A program made the position numbers and the translations under genes. This document shows, piece by piece, positions 1 through 8,798 of a stretch of 60,830 nucleotides of DNA; position 1 is the first letter of the stretch, and each line of letters begins with the position of its first letter. Origin of the DNA: Candidatus Moraniibacteriota bacterium (lineage in GTDB: Bacteria > Patescibacteriota > Minisyncoccia > Moranbacterales > GCA-2747515); contig PDPP01000019.1 of the NCBI GenBank assembly GCA_002747515.1, forward strand, positions 1 to 60,830, read 5' to 3'. The notes beneath the pieces are model-generated. The model was not told where the DNA came from, searched no databases, and was given only the letters and a program-made list of their open reading frames with translations.

Positions 1-74
1 AGATTATTACTGCTGGAGTCGAGCATTCTGATACTATGATGGTATGCCACATCATTGAAGTAAAAGTATATTAG
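1..74 (+). CDS. C-terminal fragment of an unidentified CDS cut by the window edge
   Basis: Frame 3..74 is open (..IITAGVEHSDTMMVCHIIEVKVY*) and stops at TAG 72-74. A strong terminator hairpin follows within 10 nt. Too short to name. Confidence 0.3.
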   Translation, partial: IITAGVEHSDTMMVCHIIEVKVY

Positions 75-81
75 TTTTTTT

Positions 82-123
82 AAAAAAGCCATGTATTTTT
101 TGTATAAAATACTTGGCTTTTTT
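82..123. terminator. Rho-independent terminator with symmetrical A6/T6 flanks
   Basis: aaaaaagccatgtatttt (82-99) pairs with aaaatacttggctttttt (106-123), 17/18 complementary, 6-nt loop, followed by a T-run. Confidence 0.75.
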
Positions 124-191
124 ATTTATGATATAACGTTTTTGTGTTACATGTGATGTGAAAGAGAATAAATTATTTTTTTGTCGAAATG

Positions 192-220
192 TTGACGTTT
201 TTTCTTTCAGGATTTATACT
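192..220 (+). promoter_or_regulatory. sigma70-type promoter for ugd
   Basis: TTGACG (192-197), 17-nt spacer, TATACT (215-220). It lies about 80 nt upstream of ATG 301. GGAGG RBS at 290-294. Confidence 0.6.
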
Positions 221-300
221 GCGACACAGTTCTTTTTATGTGGAAAAATCGTATATTTTTTTAGAGATCGAATAGTCAGTAGTTATAAAGGAGGAAAAAC

Positions 301-1620
301 ATGAATATTGTCATGGTTGGTGCAGGGTACGTTGGTTTAGTGACCAGTGCATGTTTTGCAAAATTTGGACATCGTGTTTTTTGCGTTGATACAGATCAAA
401 ACAAGATTAATCAGTTGCGTGATGGCATTATGCCGATTTATGAACCAGGTCTTGAGGAATTGGTTGTAAAAAATGTGCAAGAAGGGCGATTAGTGTTTAC
501 TACAAATCTACGTGCGTGTGTTCCTAACGGAAAGGCGATATTTATTGCCGTTGGCACTCCAACAAGTCGTCGTGGTGATGGATTTACTGATTTGCAGTAT
601 GTATATACAGCTGCACGGAATATAGCAAAATATCTTAATGCAGAAAATTATACTGTTGTTATAAATAAAAGCACTGTTCCTATTGGAACAGCACGTCAGG
701 TTGCGCGCAGAATTAAGGAAGTAAATAAAAGTGCAAATTTTGATGTGGTATCCAATCCCGAGTTTTTGCGTGAAGGTGCTGCAATAAAGGATTTCACACA
801 TCCAGATCGTGTTGTGATTGGTGTAGAATCTGAGCAAGCAGAAATGGTGTTGCGTGATATTTATCGACCACTTTCTCTGCAAGAAGCGCCAATTCTTTGT
901 ACTGATATCGAAAGTGCTGAGATGATCAAGTATGCATCAAATGCATTTTTGGCTGTGAAAATCAGTTTTATTAATGAGGTTGCTAATTTGTGTGAGCAAG
1001 TTGAGGCAAATGTCAATGATGTGGCTCGAGGTATTGGCATGGACAATCGGATTGGTTCAAAGTTTCTACATCCAGGTCCTGGGTATGGTGGCTCATGTTT
1101 TCCCAAAGACACAAAAGCATTTTCTACTACTGCACGAGAGTTTGGATTACATTTGCGTATTGTGGAGTCAGCTATTGAAGTCAACGATACACAAAAGGTG
1201 CGTATGATCAAAAAAATCCGTGATGCTATAGGCGGAAGTGAATTTGGTAAAGTAATTGCTGTTCTAGGTTTGGCATTTAAGCCGGAGACGGATGATATGC
1301 GTGATGCAGCAGCATTGACAATTTTACCAGTTCTATTGGAGAAAGGTGCACGTGTTCGCACACATGATCCACAAGCAATGAACGAAGCAAAAAAATTTTT
1401 GCCGGATTCTGTTGTGTATTGTAAAAATGCGTATGATGCTTGTGTGGGTGCAGATGTAGTTGTTATTCTTACTGAGTGGAATCAGTATAGGGCACTTGAT
1501 TTGAATAAAATCAGTGAATGCATGAATGATAATCCTGTATTTATCGATCTCAGGAATGTGTATCCACCATCTCAAGTGAGAGCATTTGGGTTTGAATATA
1601 TCGGTATTGGACGTAAATAA
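301..1620 (+). CDS. ugd: UDP-glucose 6-dehydrogenase
   Basis: 439-aa ORF with Rossmann motif VGAGYVGL at the N-terminus and catalytic-Cys motif GGSCFPKD. Length and domain order are typical of the UDP-glucose/GDP-mannose dehydrogenase family. Strong RBS. Confidence 0.93.
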   Translation: MNIVMVGAGYVGLVTSACFAKFGHRVFCVDTDQNKINQLRDGIMPIYEPGLEELVVKNVQEGRLVFTTNLRACVPNGKAIFIAVGTPTSRRGDGFTDLQYVYTAARNIAKYLNAENYTVVINKSTVPIGTARQVARRIKEVNKSANFDVVSNPEFLREGAAIKDFTHPDRVVIGVESEQAEMVLRDIYRPLSLQEAPILCTDIESAEMIKYASNAFLAVKISFINEVANLCEQVEANVNDVARGIGMDNRIGSKFLHPGPGYGGSCFPKDTKAFSTTAREFGLHLRIVESAIEVNDTQKVRMIKKIRDAIGGSEFGKVIAVLGLAFKPETDDMRDAAALTILPVLLEKGARVRTHDPQAMNEAKKFLPDSVVYCKNAYDACVGADVVVILTEWNQYRALDLNKISECMNDNPVFIDLRNVYPPSQVRAFGFEYIGIGRK

Positions 1621-1644
1621 ATATTTGAATACTGATATGAATAT

Positions 1645-1685
1645 GTTGCCGAAGAACCATATATGGTTTTCGGCAACTTTTTTTT
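1645..1685 (+). terminator. Rho-independent terminator after ugd
   Basis: gttgccgaagaacca (1645-1659) pairs with tggttttcggcaac (1664-1677) with one bulge, followed by T8 (1678-1685). Confidence 0.8.
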
Positions 1686-1702
1686 GGTGTATAATTTTGA
1701 AT

Positions 1703-2881
1703 ATGAAACGTATATTATTTTTCAATTACGAATATCCACCACTTGGTGGTGGTGCGGCAAATGCGACGAAGCATATTCTTTTAGAATATACAAAATATGA
1801 TGATATATATGTCGATTTTGTTACTAGCGCTATTGATAAAAATTTTGTTGAGAAAAAAATTGGTAACAATGTTACAATGTATCGTTTGCCAATTGGTAAA
1901 GATTTACACAATTTGAATTATCAAACAAAAAAAGATTTGATGACATATACATGGAAAGCATATAAATTTTCCAAAAAATTAATCAAAAAAAATCAGTATG
2001 ATTTAACACACAGTTTTTTTGCTGTGCCATGTGGCGTAATATCACAACGTATTAAACATATATTTGGTATCCCATATATCGTATCTCTTAGAGGTTCAGA
2101 TGTACCAGGTTATAGTGAACGTTTTGAAAATATATATGTTATTTTAACACCAATCATTCACAGTGTATGGAAGGATGCTGAATATGTTGTAACTAATAGT
2201 AATGGTTTGACTGATCTTGCAAAGAAAAGTTTGTCAACACAAAAATTTGAACAAATTTTTAATGGCATTGATACAAATTTTTATAACAAAGGAAAACGAA
2301 CTGTTAAGGATCGTACAAAAGAATTTCGTATACTTTTAGCATCGCGACTCTCTCGACGAAAGGGATTTAATTATGCAATTGATGCATTTGTCGAGTTATT
2401 TGATTTTTATCCACACATTCGCATGACGATTGCAGGTGGTGAGGGCAATGCGATGAAGGATTTGCAAGCACAGGTCAAAAAATACCGACTTGATGGTCGT
2501 GTGACATTTACAGGTGCATATGTTAAGGAAGAATCACCAAAAATCTATAATGATGCTGACGTGTTTGTTATGCCTTCGCTCAATGAGGGGATGAGTAATA
2601 ATTTACTTGAAGCACTTGCTTCTGGATTACCTGTTTTGATGACGCCAACAGGTGGTGCGGAAGAATTGGTGCGTGATGGGCAAAATGGATTTCTTATTAA
2701 AATGAAGGATGTAGATTCCATTGTTGAAAAATTAAAAATTCTTATAGAGAATCCAGAATTATGCGATGCATTTGGCAATGCGAGTCGCAAAATTGCAGAA
2801 GACATGAGTTGGGCTCAAGCTGCAGAAAAATATATTCATCTTTATAATAAAATTAATGAAAAAAAAGACAAAAAAAATTAG
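1703..2881 (+). CDS. glycosyltransferase family 4 (GT-B fold)
   Basis: ORF-track frame 1586..2881 trimmed to ATG 1703 because 1645-1685 is the ugd terminator. The protein begins MKRILFFNYEYPPLGGGAANAT and carries the C-terminal EGMSNNLLEALASGLPVLMTPTGGAEE block typical of retaining GT4 enzymes. Confidence 0.85.
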   Translation: MKRILFFNYEYPPLGGGAANATKHILLEYTKYDDIYVDFVTSAIDKNFVEKKIGNNVTMYRLPIGKDLHNLNYQTKKDLMTYTWKAYKFSKKLIKKNQYDLTHSFFAVPCGVISQRIKHIFGIPYIVSLRGSDVPGYSERFENIYVILTPIIHSVWKDAEYVVTNSNGLTDLAKKSLSTQKFEQIFNGIDTNFYNKGKRTVKDRTKEFRILLASRLSRRKGFNYAIDAFVELFDFYPHIRMTIAGGEGNAMKDLQAQVKKYRLDGRVTFTGAYVKEESPKIYNDADVFVMPSLNEGMSNNLLEALASGLPVLMTPTGGAEELVRDGQNGFLIKMKDVDSIVEKLKILIENPELCDAFGNASRKIAEDMSWAQAAEKYIHLYNKINEKKDKKN

Positions 2882-3788
2882 CAAAATTCTTTGTGCAAGT
2901 ATTCTTGTCAGTTTTTTGATATATACTGTTGATTGGCAAGAAGTTTTTTTGTATGTGCGTGGCGTGAAACCATTTTTTCTTTCTCTTTTTGTGCTATTTT
3001 ACTTTTTTGGTATACTCATCAGTGCGTATAAATGGCAAGTTCTTGGAAAAATAATGCAATTTCATCGACCATATTATTTCTATTTTAAAACATATCTTTT
3101 GGGCACATTTTTTAATAATTTTTTCCCTTCATTTGTTGGCGGAGATGCGTATCGTACAGTCGCATTGGGAAAGGGTGAAAAGCGAATGAAAGAAAGTTCA
3201 GCAACAGTTATTGTTGATCGTATTACAGGTTTCATAGCAATTATTTGTCTTGCATCAGTTTTAGGTTTTTTACATTATCCAGTTTTATCACAAAATGTTT
3301 TGATTATTATCTTTCTTTTTATTTTTTTTATAATATTTATAGGATGCGTGATTGGTGTGATATTTTTCAAAGGAGTTTTTGTACAAAAAATTATTTCATT
3401 TTTTCCACGGTTTATCAGGAGGTATATAGATACTTTTATATTATTTCATTCACGTGATATTGTATTTCAATCTTTTTTTATTTCGGTTTTGTTTTCTCTT
3501 GTAGGGATTGCTGTGGCAAATTATATGATGTTTATCGCTGTGGGAGTTGATATTAATTTTATGGATTATATGAGTGTGATTTTTTTGACTAATCTTATTG
3601 CATCTTTACCGATTAGTATCGGCAATATTGGGACAAAGGAATTTGCATACATCTTCCTTTTTGGTTTTTTTGGTGTAAGTAGTAGTGCATTGATTGTTAT
3701 TGTTGTATTATCACGTGTTTTGCAAATGATGGTAAGTTTTGTAGTTTTTCCAATGTATTTAAATGAAAAACATCATATGATACAGTAA
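2856..3788 (+). CDS. flippase-like / LPG-synthase-TM family membrane protein (UPF0104)
   Basis: 310-aa polytopic protein with the family-typical FFPSFVGGDAYR motif. Its start overlaps the stop of the upstream GT4 gene by 26 nt. Confidence 0.7.
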   Translation: MKKKTKKISKILCASILVSFLIYTVDWQEVFLYVRGVKPFFLSLFVLFYFFGILISAYKWQVLGKIMQFHRPYYFYFKTYLLGTFFNNFFPSFVGGDAYRTVALGKGEKRMKESSATVIVDRITGFIAIICLASVLGFLHYPVLSQNVLIIIFLFIFFIIFIGCVIGVIFFKGVFVQKIISFFPRFIRRYIDTFILFHSRDIVFQSFFISVLFSLVGIAVANYMMFIAVGVDINFMDYMSVIFLTNLIASLPISIGNIGTKEFAYIFLFGFFGVSSSALIVIVVLSRVLQMMVSFVVFPMYLNEKHHMIQ

Positions 3789-3872
3789 TTTTTTTTGACG
3801 CTCATTTATTTTTCTTATAGAATGTATATTTGCACAGTACGTTAAATAAAAACATGGATTAGGAGGAAGAAC

Positions 3873-4274
3873 GTGGAGAGATTTCGTATAAATGAAATTA
3901 TTGCAAATAAAAACAATCCTTATGAAAAAGGTTTTTTGTGTGGTAATATTCGCGGAATTGATGAGGAAGGATATATCATTTGGTATCCAGGCGACATTAT
4001 TGTACGGATAAGAGAATCTGATGCTGTGTTGCTTCGCGATGTATTAGATGAGTATATTGACACAGATTTAATTATTGCAGATCGGCAATACATTAGGAAA
4101 AACTTATTTATTGGTGGGAGACGATCTCGTTCAGCACTTGGTTCATTGGATCAGGCGCATTCGTGCATTGAGCTTATTGATGGAAAAAGTTTTTACATTC
4201 TACATGATGATGAAATTTCTGCAATTGAAGCATTGCGTAAAATTGAAACATGTCCGCGAACACAAAATCGCTAA
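3873..4274 (+). CDS. hypothetical protein (133 aa, soluble)
   Basis: GTG start 6 nt after AGGAGG (3861-3866). No motif recognised. Confidence 0.6.
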   Translation: MERFRINEIIANKNNPYEKGFLCGNIRGIDEEGYIIWYPGDIIVRIRESDAVLLRDVLDEYIDTDLIIADRQYIRKNLFIGGRRSRSALGSLDQAHSCIELIDGKSFYILHDDEISAIEALRKIETCPRTQNR

Positions 4275-4299
4275 TGTTTTAAAAAAGAGGTGTGGTAAA

Positions 4300-4503
4300 A
4301 TGAATATTTTTAAAAAAGGGGATCATATTGCAAGTAGAAAAGCTGCTCAAAAAGATGGGATTTTGGGGGCAGGGACAGTAACAGCCAGATCAAGTGATGC
4401 ATATTGGATTAGAGGAATTGTTTCATTATGTGGTATAAAAATTTATGCTTCTGATGCAATTTCCGTAGAAGATGCTCTTGATATTTTAAAAAAACGTACA
4501 TAG
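4300..4503 (+). CDS. hypothetical small protein (67 aa)
   Basis: In-frame ATG 4300 of ORF 4075..4503, chosen because the upstream part overlaps 3873..4274. AGAGG lies 9 nt upstream and a terminator follows immediately. No motif recognised. Confidence 0.45.
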   Translation: MNIFKKGDHIASRKAAQKDGILGAGTVTARSSDAYWIRGIVSLCGIKIYASDAISVEDALDILKKRT

Positions 4504-4510
4504 TGCTCAG

Positions 4511-4550
4511 GCTCTATCAAGATATTATTCTTGATAGAGCTTTTATTTTT
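4511..4550 (+). terminator. Rho-independent terminator
   Basis: gctctatcaaga (4511-4522) pairs perfectly with tcttgatagagc (4529-4540), followed by ttttatttttt. It overlaps the 3' end of the convergent gene 4543..6537. Confidence 0.8.
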
Positions 4551-6537
4551 TGACCTTTACTACTTTGATGAAGTTTTTGGGACGCTTTCCAATAGGAAAA
4601 TTAAAAACAGTTTGTTTCTGTAAAAAATTTTCATCGTAATACAGTTGTTTTGTGATATTATGTGGATTATTTCCTATTGGATGAAATGATTTTGTAATCA
4701 TACCACGTCGTGAAAATACAAAATAATCAATTGGAGTATGTTCGAGATATAATTCATTGGAAACAATACATTTGCCAATAAAGAACTGACAGATAGCACG
4801 ATGATCAGTCCAAATAACTTTTTCAGTGGCATTTTGTTGTGCATTGAGATATTGCGCTGCTTCATAGGCGCCATATCCCCACGAATCAGTGACAACATAT
4901 TTTTTAGGAAGAAGAATGCTTGTGTAGTTAAAATAAAATGGTTTAATGGTCCATAATGCAAAAAATTGTATTGTAATTAGACATAAAAGAGTGATGAAAT
5001 AAAATGTGTTTTGTGATATTTTATTTGAAATAATTGTTTTTTGAGATAATTCATATAATGCAATTCCTCCGAGAAGTGTATATGGTACATAGAGCATAAT
5101 ACTATAACGTACATTTACAAAAATATCTGCCAGAAGGCCACCAACGATAAAAACAAATGGCATTAATGATAAAAGATAAATGATTGGGATGAATTTTTTA
5201 TTATGAATAGTGTTTTTTATAAGAATGAACCAAAGAAAAAATACCAGAAAAACGATCAGAGGAGAAAGTGAAAAAATAAAATTTTGTGCCTGCACAGTAA
5301 GTGCTTTGAGATAAAAAAGAGGTGCAGGATTGGAAGCAAAATCAGGAAATTGTAATGTACCACTGACACGGGAGTTTTCTTTGATGTCATCTAGAGAAAA
5401 AAATGGCGTATTTGTCCATGCATTAATTAAAGAAAAAACAAAAATAAACATCAAAAATAGAATTCCAGTATTAAGAATTTTTTTGATATAATTTATTTTT
5501 TTTGCTAAGAATTTTGCACATAGCAAAGGAACTAAGATTGTAATGCAAATAAAAATAAGAAAAGAAATTATACCAATGGGAATTGTTTTATATTTTGTTG
5601 GTGAAATATAAAAGACGTTTTTGAGGTGTGTTGCGTGTAAAAATGTATCAACAATAGGGGAAAGTGTTGGGGAATATATTGTGCCATAAAGAAAATGGTG
5701 TGGCGCATGAAATATCGATGGCATAAAAATAATGAACAAACTACATGAAATAATAAAGATAATCAAAAAAGATTTGATATATGGTACACCATCTTTTCTC
5801 CAAGAGAAATGTTTTTTTTCAAAAATAATGTAGAGAACAAATAAGGCTGGATAAAAAAGAAAAAGAAGATTAGCGGTGTATTTTGATAAAAGTGCAAATC
5901 CCGTAAAAAGACTTGCGATAATGAGAAATTTCTTTTCTTTTCTGTAAAGATGTGTAGCAAATGCCAAAAGCGCTATCGAAGACGTACCCCACAAAAGTGC
6001 ATCAGGATTGATGATTTGGCTAATACCAATGATAATCGGATTGAGACCAATTAAAATGATTGTTGTATTTGTGATAAAAAAGTTTTTTGTTAGAGAATAG
6101 AGCAGGTAATATATGAGCGGTAAAATAATGAGTGCATTGAAAAGCAAAATTGGATAGCGGAGGGAAAAGTTTATTTTTTCGGTCAATTCTGTGTGATACA
6201 TGTCATAAAGAGATTTAGTTTTTTTGGTTTTTTCATCGTAAAATGTATATTTTTTCTCTCCTACATCGTCAATGTGGCTTTCTGGATTTGGTCCGTAAAG
6301 TTTTCCTATTCCTGCAATAAGTGCGACAGTTATACCTGGTTTATCATTAATGTGTGTTTTTTTCCAATTATTATGTGTAAACCCTTCTTGGAGACCATTG
6401 TAATATTTATTGATACGGTCATATTTCCAGAAGTGTTCATCTGTTGTTTCAAATTGTGCAATATGAAATGTTCCGTATCCGATGAAAAATAATACAGCGA
6501 TAAAAAGAGGAATGTGTTGTATGACATGTTTTTTCAT
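4543..6537 (-). CDS. polytopic membrane glycosyltransferase, GT-C fold (ArnT/PMT-like, GT39/GT83 type)
   Basis: 664 aa with many hydrophobic helices. The first loop carries the acidic motif TTDEHFWKYDR followed by NDKPGITV. It has a soluble C-terminal domain. Clear paralogue of 6543..8753. Confidence 0.8.
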   Translation of the reverse strand: MKKHVIQHIPLFIAVLFFIGYGTFHIAQFETTDEHFWKYDRINKYYNGLQEGFTHNNWKKTHINDKPGITVALIAGIGKLYGPNPESHIDDVGEKKYTFYDEKTKKTKSLYDMYHTELTEKINFSLRYPILLFNALIILPLIYYLLYSLTKNFFITNTTIILIGLNPIIIGISQIINPDALLWGTSSIALLAFATHLYRKEKKFLIIASLFTGFALLSKYTANLLFLFYPALFVLYIIFEKKHFSWRKDGVPYIKSFLIIFIISCSLFIIFMPSIFHAPHHFLYGTIYSPTLSPIVDTFLHATHLKNVFYISPTKYKTIPIGIISFLIFICITILVPLLCAKFLAKKINYIKKILNTGILFLMFIFVFSLINAWTNTPFFSLDDIKENSRVSGTLQFPDFASNPAPLFYLKALTVQAQNFIFSLSPLIVFLVFFLWFILIKNTIHNKKFIPIIYLLSLMPFVFIVGGLLADIFVNVRYSIMLYVPYTLLGGIALYELSQKTIISNKISQNTFYFITLLCLITIQFFALWTIKPFYFNYTSILLPKKYVVTDSWGYGAYEAAQYLNAQQNATEKVIWTDHRAICQFFIGKCIVSNELYLEHTPIDYFVFSRRGMITKSFHPIGNNPHNITKQLYYDENFLQKQTVFNFPIGKRPKNFIKVVKVKK

Positions 6538-6542
6538 AATGT

Positions 6543-8753
6543 TTATTCAATGATATTTATTGCTTTTGCATCAATGATTTTGATATAGTGAGCGTGTCGT
6601 TTGCTAGGGTATATTTCATATACAGAAGGAATGTTTTCACTGTACAATCTATCAAGGTGTACATTGTGCGATGATTTCGTTGTGAGGTTTTTCGTGACAT
6701 GTGTGATGTAGTTTTTGCGGTTCTGAGAAATGATATAATAATCAATGTTTGGTGCAATATACCTTAACTCCTTGTCTTTGATCATATTGTTACAGGTGCC
6801 AACAAAAAATTGGCACACACCACGTTTATCTGTCCAAATTAAGAGATCTTTTGCATTTGATAAATTATTGAGATATTGTGCAATTTCATAATTTCCATCA
6901 CCCATATCTTTTGTATTGATTACATATTGTTTTGGAAGTAGTGGGCTGTTGTAGGAAAAATAAAAATGCGACATATGTGCTAATTGCCAAGAACTGAGAC
7001 ATATAATTACGATACTTGTGATGTAAAATATATATTGTTTTTTTGAAAAAATACGTGTGAGCATATTGATGCCAATGCTTGCTATGAGAATAAAAAAAGG
7101 ATAAAGAATAATTTGATAACGGACAATCGGTACGACATTATTTATAGTAGAAGCAAAATAATATACTAATATAAAAAGTGTGCAATATGTTATTATAATT
7201 GTTTTTTGAGATAATTTTTTGTGTGCAAATATTGTATAATATGAAAAAAAAGCAAAAATAAACACAAGTGGCGTAACACCAAAAAGAAGTGGAAAAAATG
7301 ATGTAAAATATATTGCGAGGTCACTGACTTCTTTATAAATAGATTTTGGTGATTCAATAATACGCGAAAAATCAAAAAATGGCATTTGTGTATAAACATT
7401 ACATATAGTGATAAGTGCTGAAATAGTGAATATGCTGATGATAGTATATACAAGAATGTTTTTGTATTTTTGGCATGTTGTGATTATTTTTGTGAGTACA
7501 AAGTTTTTGAAAAGAAATGTATCAATGAGAATTAGTATAATGACACAAAAAAAGTATATCCATGTGGAAGAAAATGCTTCTGAGTAAATGGTGGCAATGA
7601 GTAGGCGGTCATGTTTTACCCATACACCGGGATAGAGTACATAAAACACTGACAGTGCAGTAAATGTCATAATTGTATAGTGGATGAGTTTATCTTTGAT
7701 GTGTGTATTGAGATTATGTGGTAGTTTTTTGTGGATGATACTATCCACAAAAAGAAGAAGAAAGAAAAATACAAAAAAAATATTTGCGATATATTTAGTG
7801 AGCAGGGCAAGTCCCAGTAAGATGCCGGTGAGATATATCCACTGTAGCGTATGTTCGCGGAGATATAGGAGAAAGCTTATAAAACATAAAAAGAGAATAA
7901 TCCACAACAATGCATCCGGATTGATGATACGTGATATACCCAATAAAAGTGGTGAAAGGAGAAGTAATATCGTTGTATATACGGCGACATGTGTATCAAG
8001 TAGTCTGCGTACAAGTGGGAAAACGCATAAAGAGAGAAGAGTGATGATGAGGAATTGTGGTGTGCGTAGTGCGGTGAATAGGGATGCAATCTGTTCTTTT
8101 TGTATAGTGCCTTTAGCAAACGCAGTTGGATCAAAAAACAAGAGTCCTGGACCAGTAACAATTGCTGTAGTAACACCTGGTTTATCACTCGGACGCGTGT
8201 TTTTCCAGTCACGTTCCAACACATTATCCCAATATTGTTCAATGCGGTCATATATCCATAGTCGTTCATCTACATATGATGCTTTGCCAATATCACTGAG
8301 ACCGAAAAATAAGTGTATTGCGGTGGCAATACTGATGGTGATAAATATTGCTTTGTGTGTGTGATGACATTTTTTTTCTTTTGTAGGATGTTGTAGTTGA
8401 TATTTTTTGTGGTATTTATAAATGTATATAGCACCAAATGCAATACAATAAAATCCAATCATTGCAGAAAAAATCCAATGAAGTTGTGTTGTGGTAAAAT
8501 TAACAGTGATGAAAAATAAAATAAAAGAGAGAATGCTAGAAAAAAAGAATTGGAAAATGTTTTTGTTTTTGTAAAAAAAGAAAAATGATCCCGCAAGAAT
8601 AGTAAAAAAACTTACATATAAAATTTTGAGTGATGGAAGAATATGTAATGTGTCAAATTGATCAATTTTATGTACGATGATAATTATGGAAATAAAAGAA
8701 AGAACTATAGATAACAGTTTTGTAATCTGCAGATGTGAGATTTTTATTTGCAT
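6543..8753 (-). CDS. polytopic membrane glycosyltransferase, GT-C fold (ArnT/PMT-like), tandem paralogue
   Basis: 736 aa. It shares VDERLWIYDR..SDKPGVTT and the C-terminal CQFFVGTC (versus CQFFIGKC) with 4543..6537. It has an extra N-terminal cluster of about 4 helices. The two genes are only 5 nt apart. Confidence 0.8.
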   Translation of the reverse strand: MQIKISHLQITKLLSIVLSFISIIIIVHKIDQFDTLHILPSLKILYVSFFTILAGSFFFFYKNKNIFQFFFSSILSFILFFITVNFTTTQLHWIFSAMIGFYCIAFGAIYIYKYHKKYQLQHPTKEKKCHHTHKAIFITISIATAIHLFFGLSDIGKASYVDERLWIYDRIEQYWDNVLERDWKNTRPSDKPGVTTAIVTGPGLLFFDPTAFAKGTIQKEQIASLFTALRTPQFLIITLLSLCVFPLVRRLLDTHVAVYTTILLLLSPLLLGISRIINPDALLWIILFLCFISFLLYLREHTLQWIYLTGILLGLALLTKYIANIFFVFFFLLLFVDSIIHKKLPHNLNTHIKDKLIHYTIMTFTALSVFYVLYPGVWVKHDRLLIATIYSEAFSSTWIYFFCVIILILIDTFLFKNFVLTKIITTCQKYKNILVYTIISIFTISALITICNVYTQMPFFDFSRIIESPKSIYKEVSDLAIYFTSFFPLLFGVTPLVFIFAFFSYYTIFAHKKLSQKTIIITYCTLFILVYYFASTINNVVPIVRYQIILYPFFILIASIGINMLTRIFSKKQYIFYITSIVIICLSSWQLAHMSHFYFSYNSPLLPKQYVINTKDMGDGNYEIAQYLNNLSNAKDLLIWTDKRGVCQFFVGTCNNMIKDKELRYIAPNIDYYIISQNRKNYITHVTKNLTTKSSHNVHLDRLYSENIPSVYEIYPSKRHAHYIKIIDAKAINIIE

Positions 8754-8798
8754 ACTTATCCAAAAAAAATATTATAATACATTTAGTATAGAGGAAGT

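Noticed and set aside
1586-1702. N-terminal extensions offered by the ORF track. They are 1586 for the GT4 gene, 44862 for the HD gene, 11537 for the GT-C gene, 4075 for the small ORF, and 51456, 45962, 44535, 48431, 42034, 31490 and 24585 for ftsZ, lepB, groES, rpsU, GT2, the hypothetical protein and the M16 peptidase.
   Set aside because: The extensions run through terminator hairpins or upstream genes, lack an RBS, or add residues before well-known conserved N-termini. Internal ATGs with an RBS were preferred.
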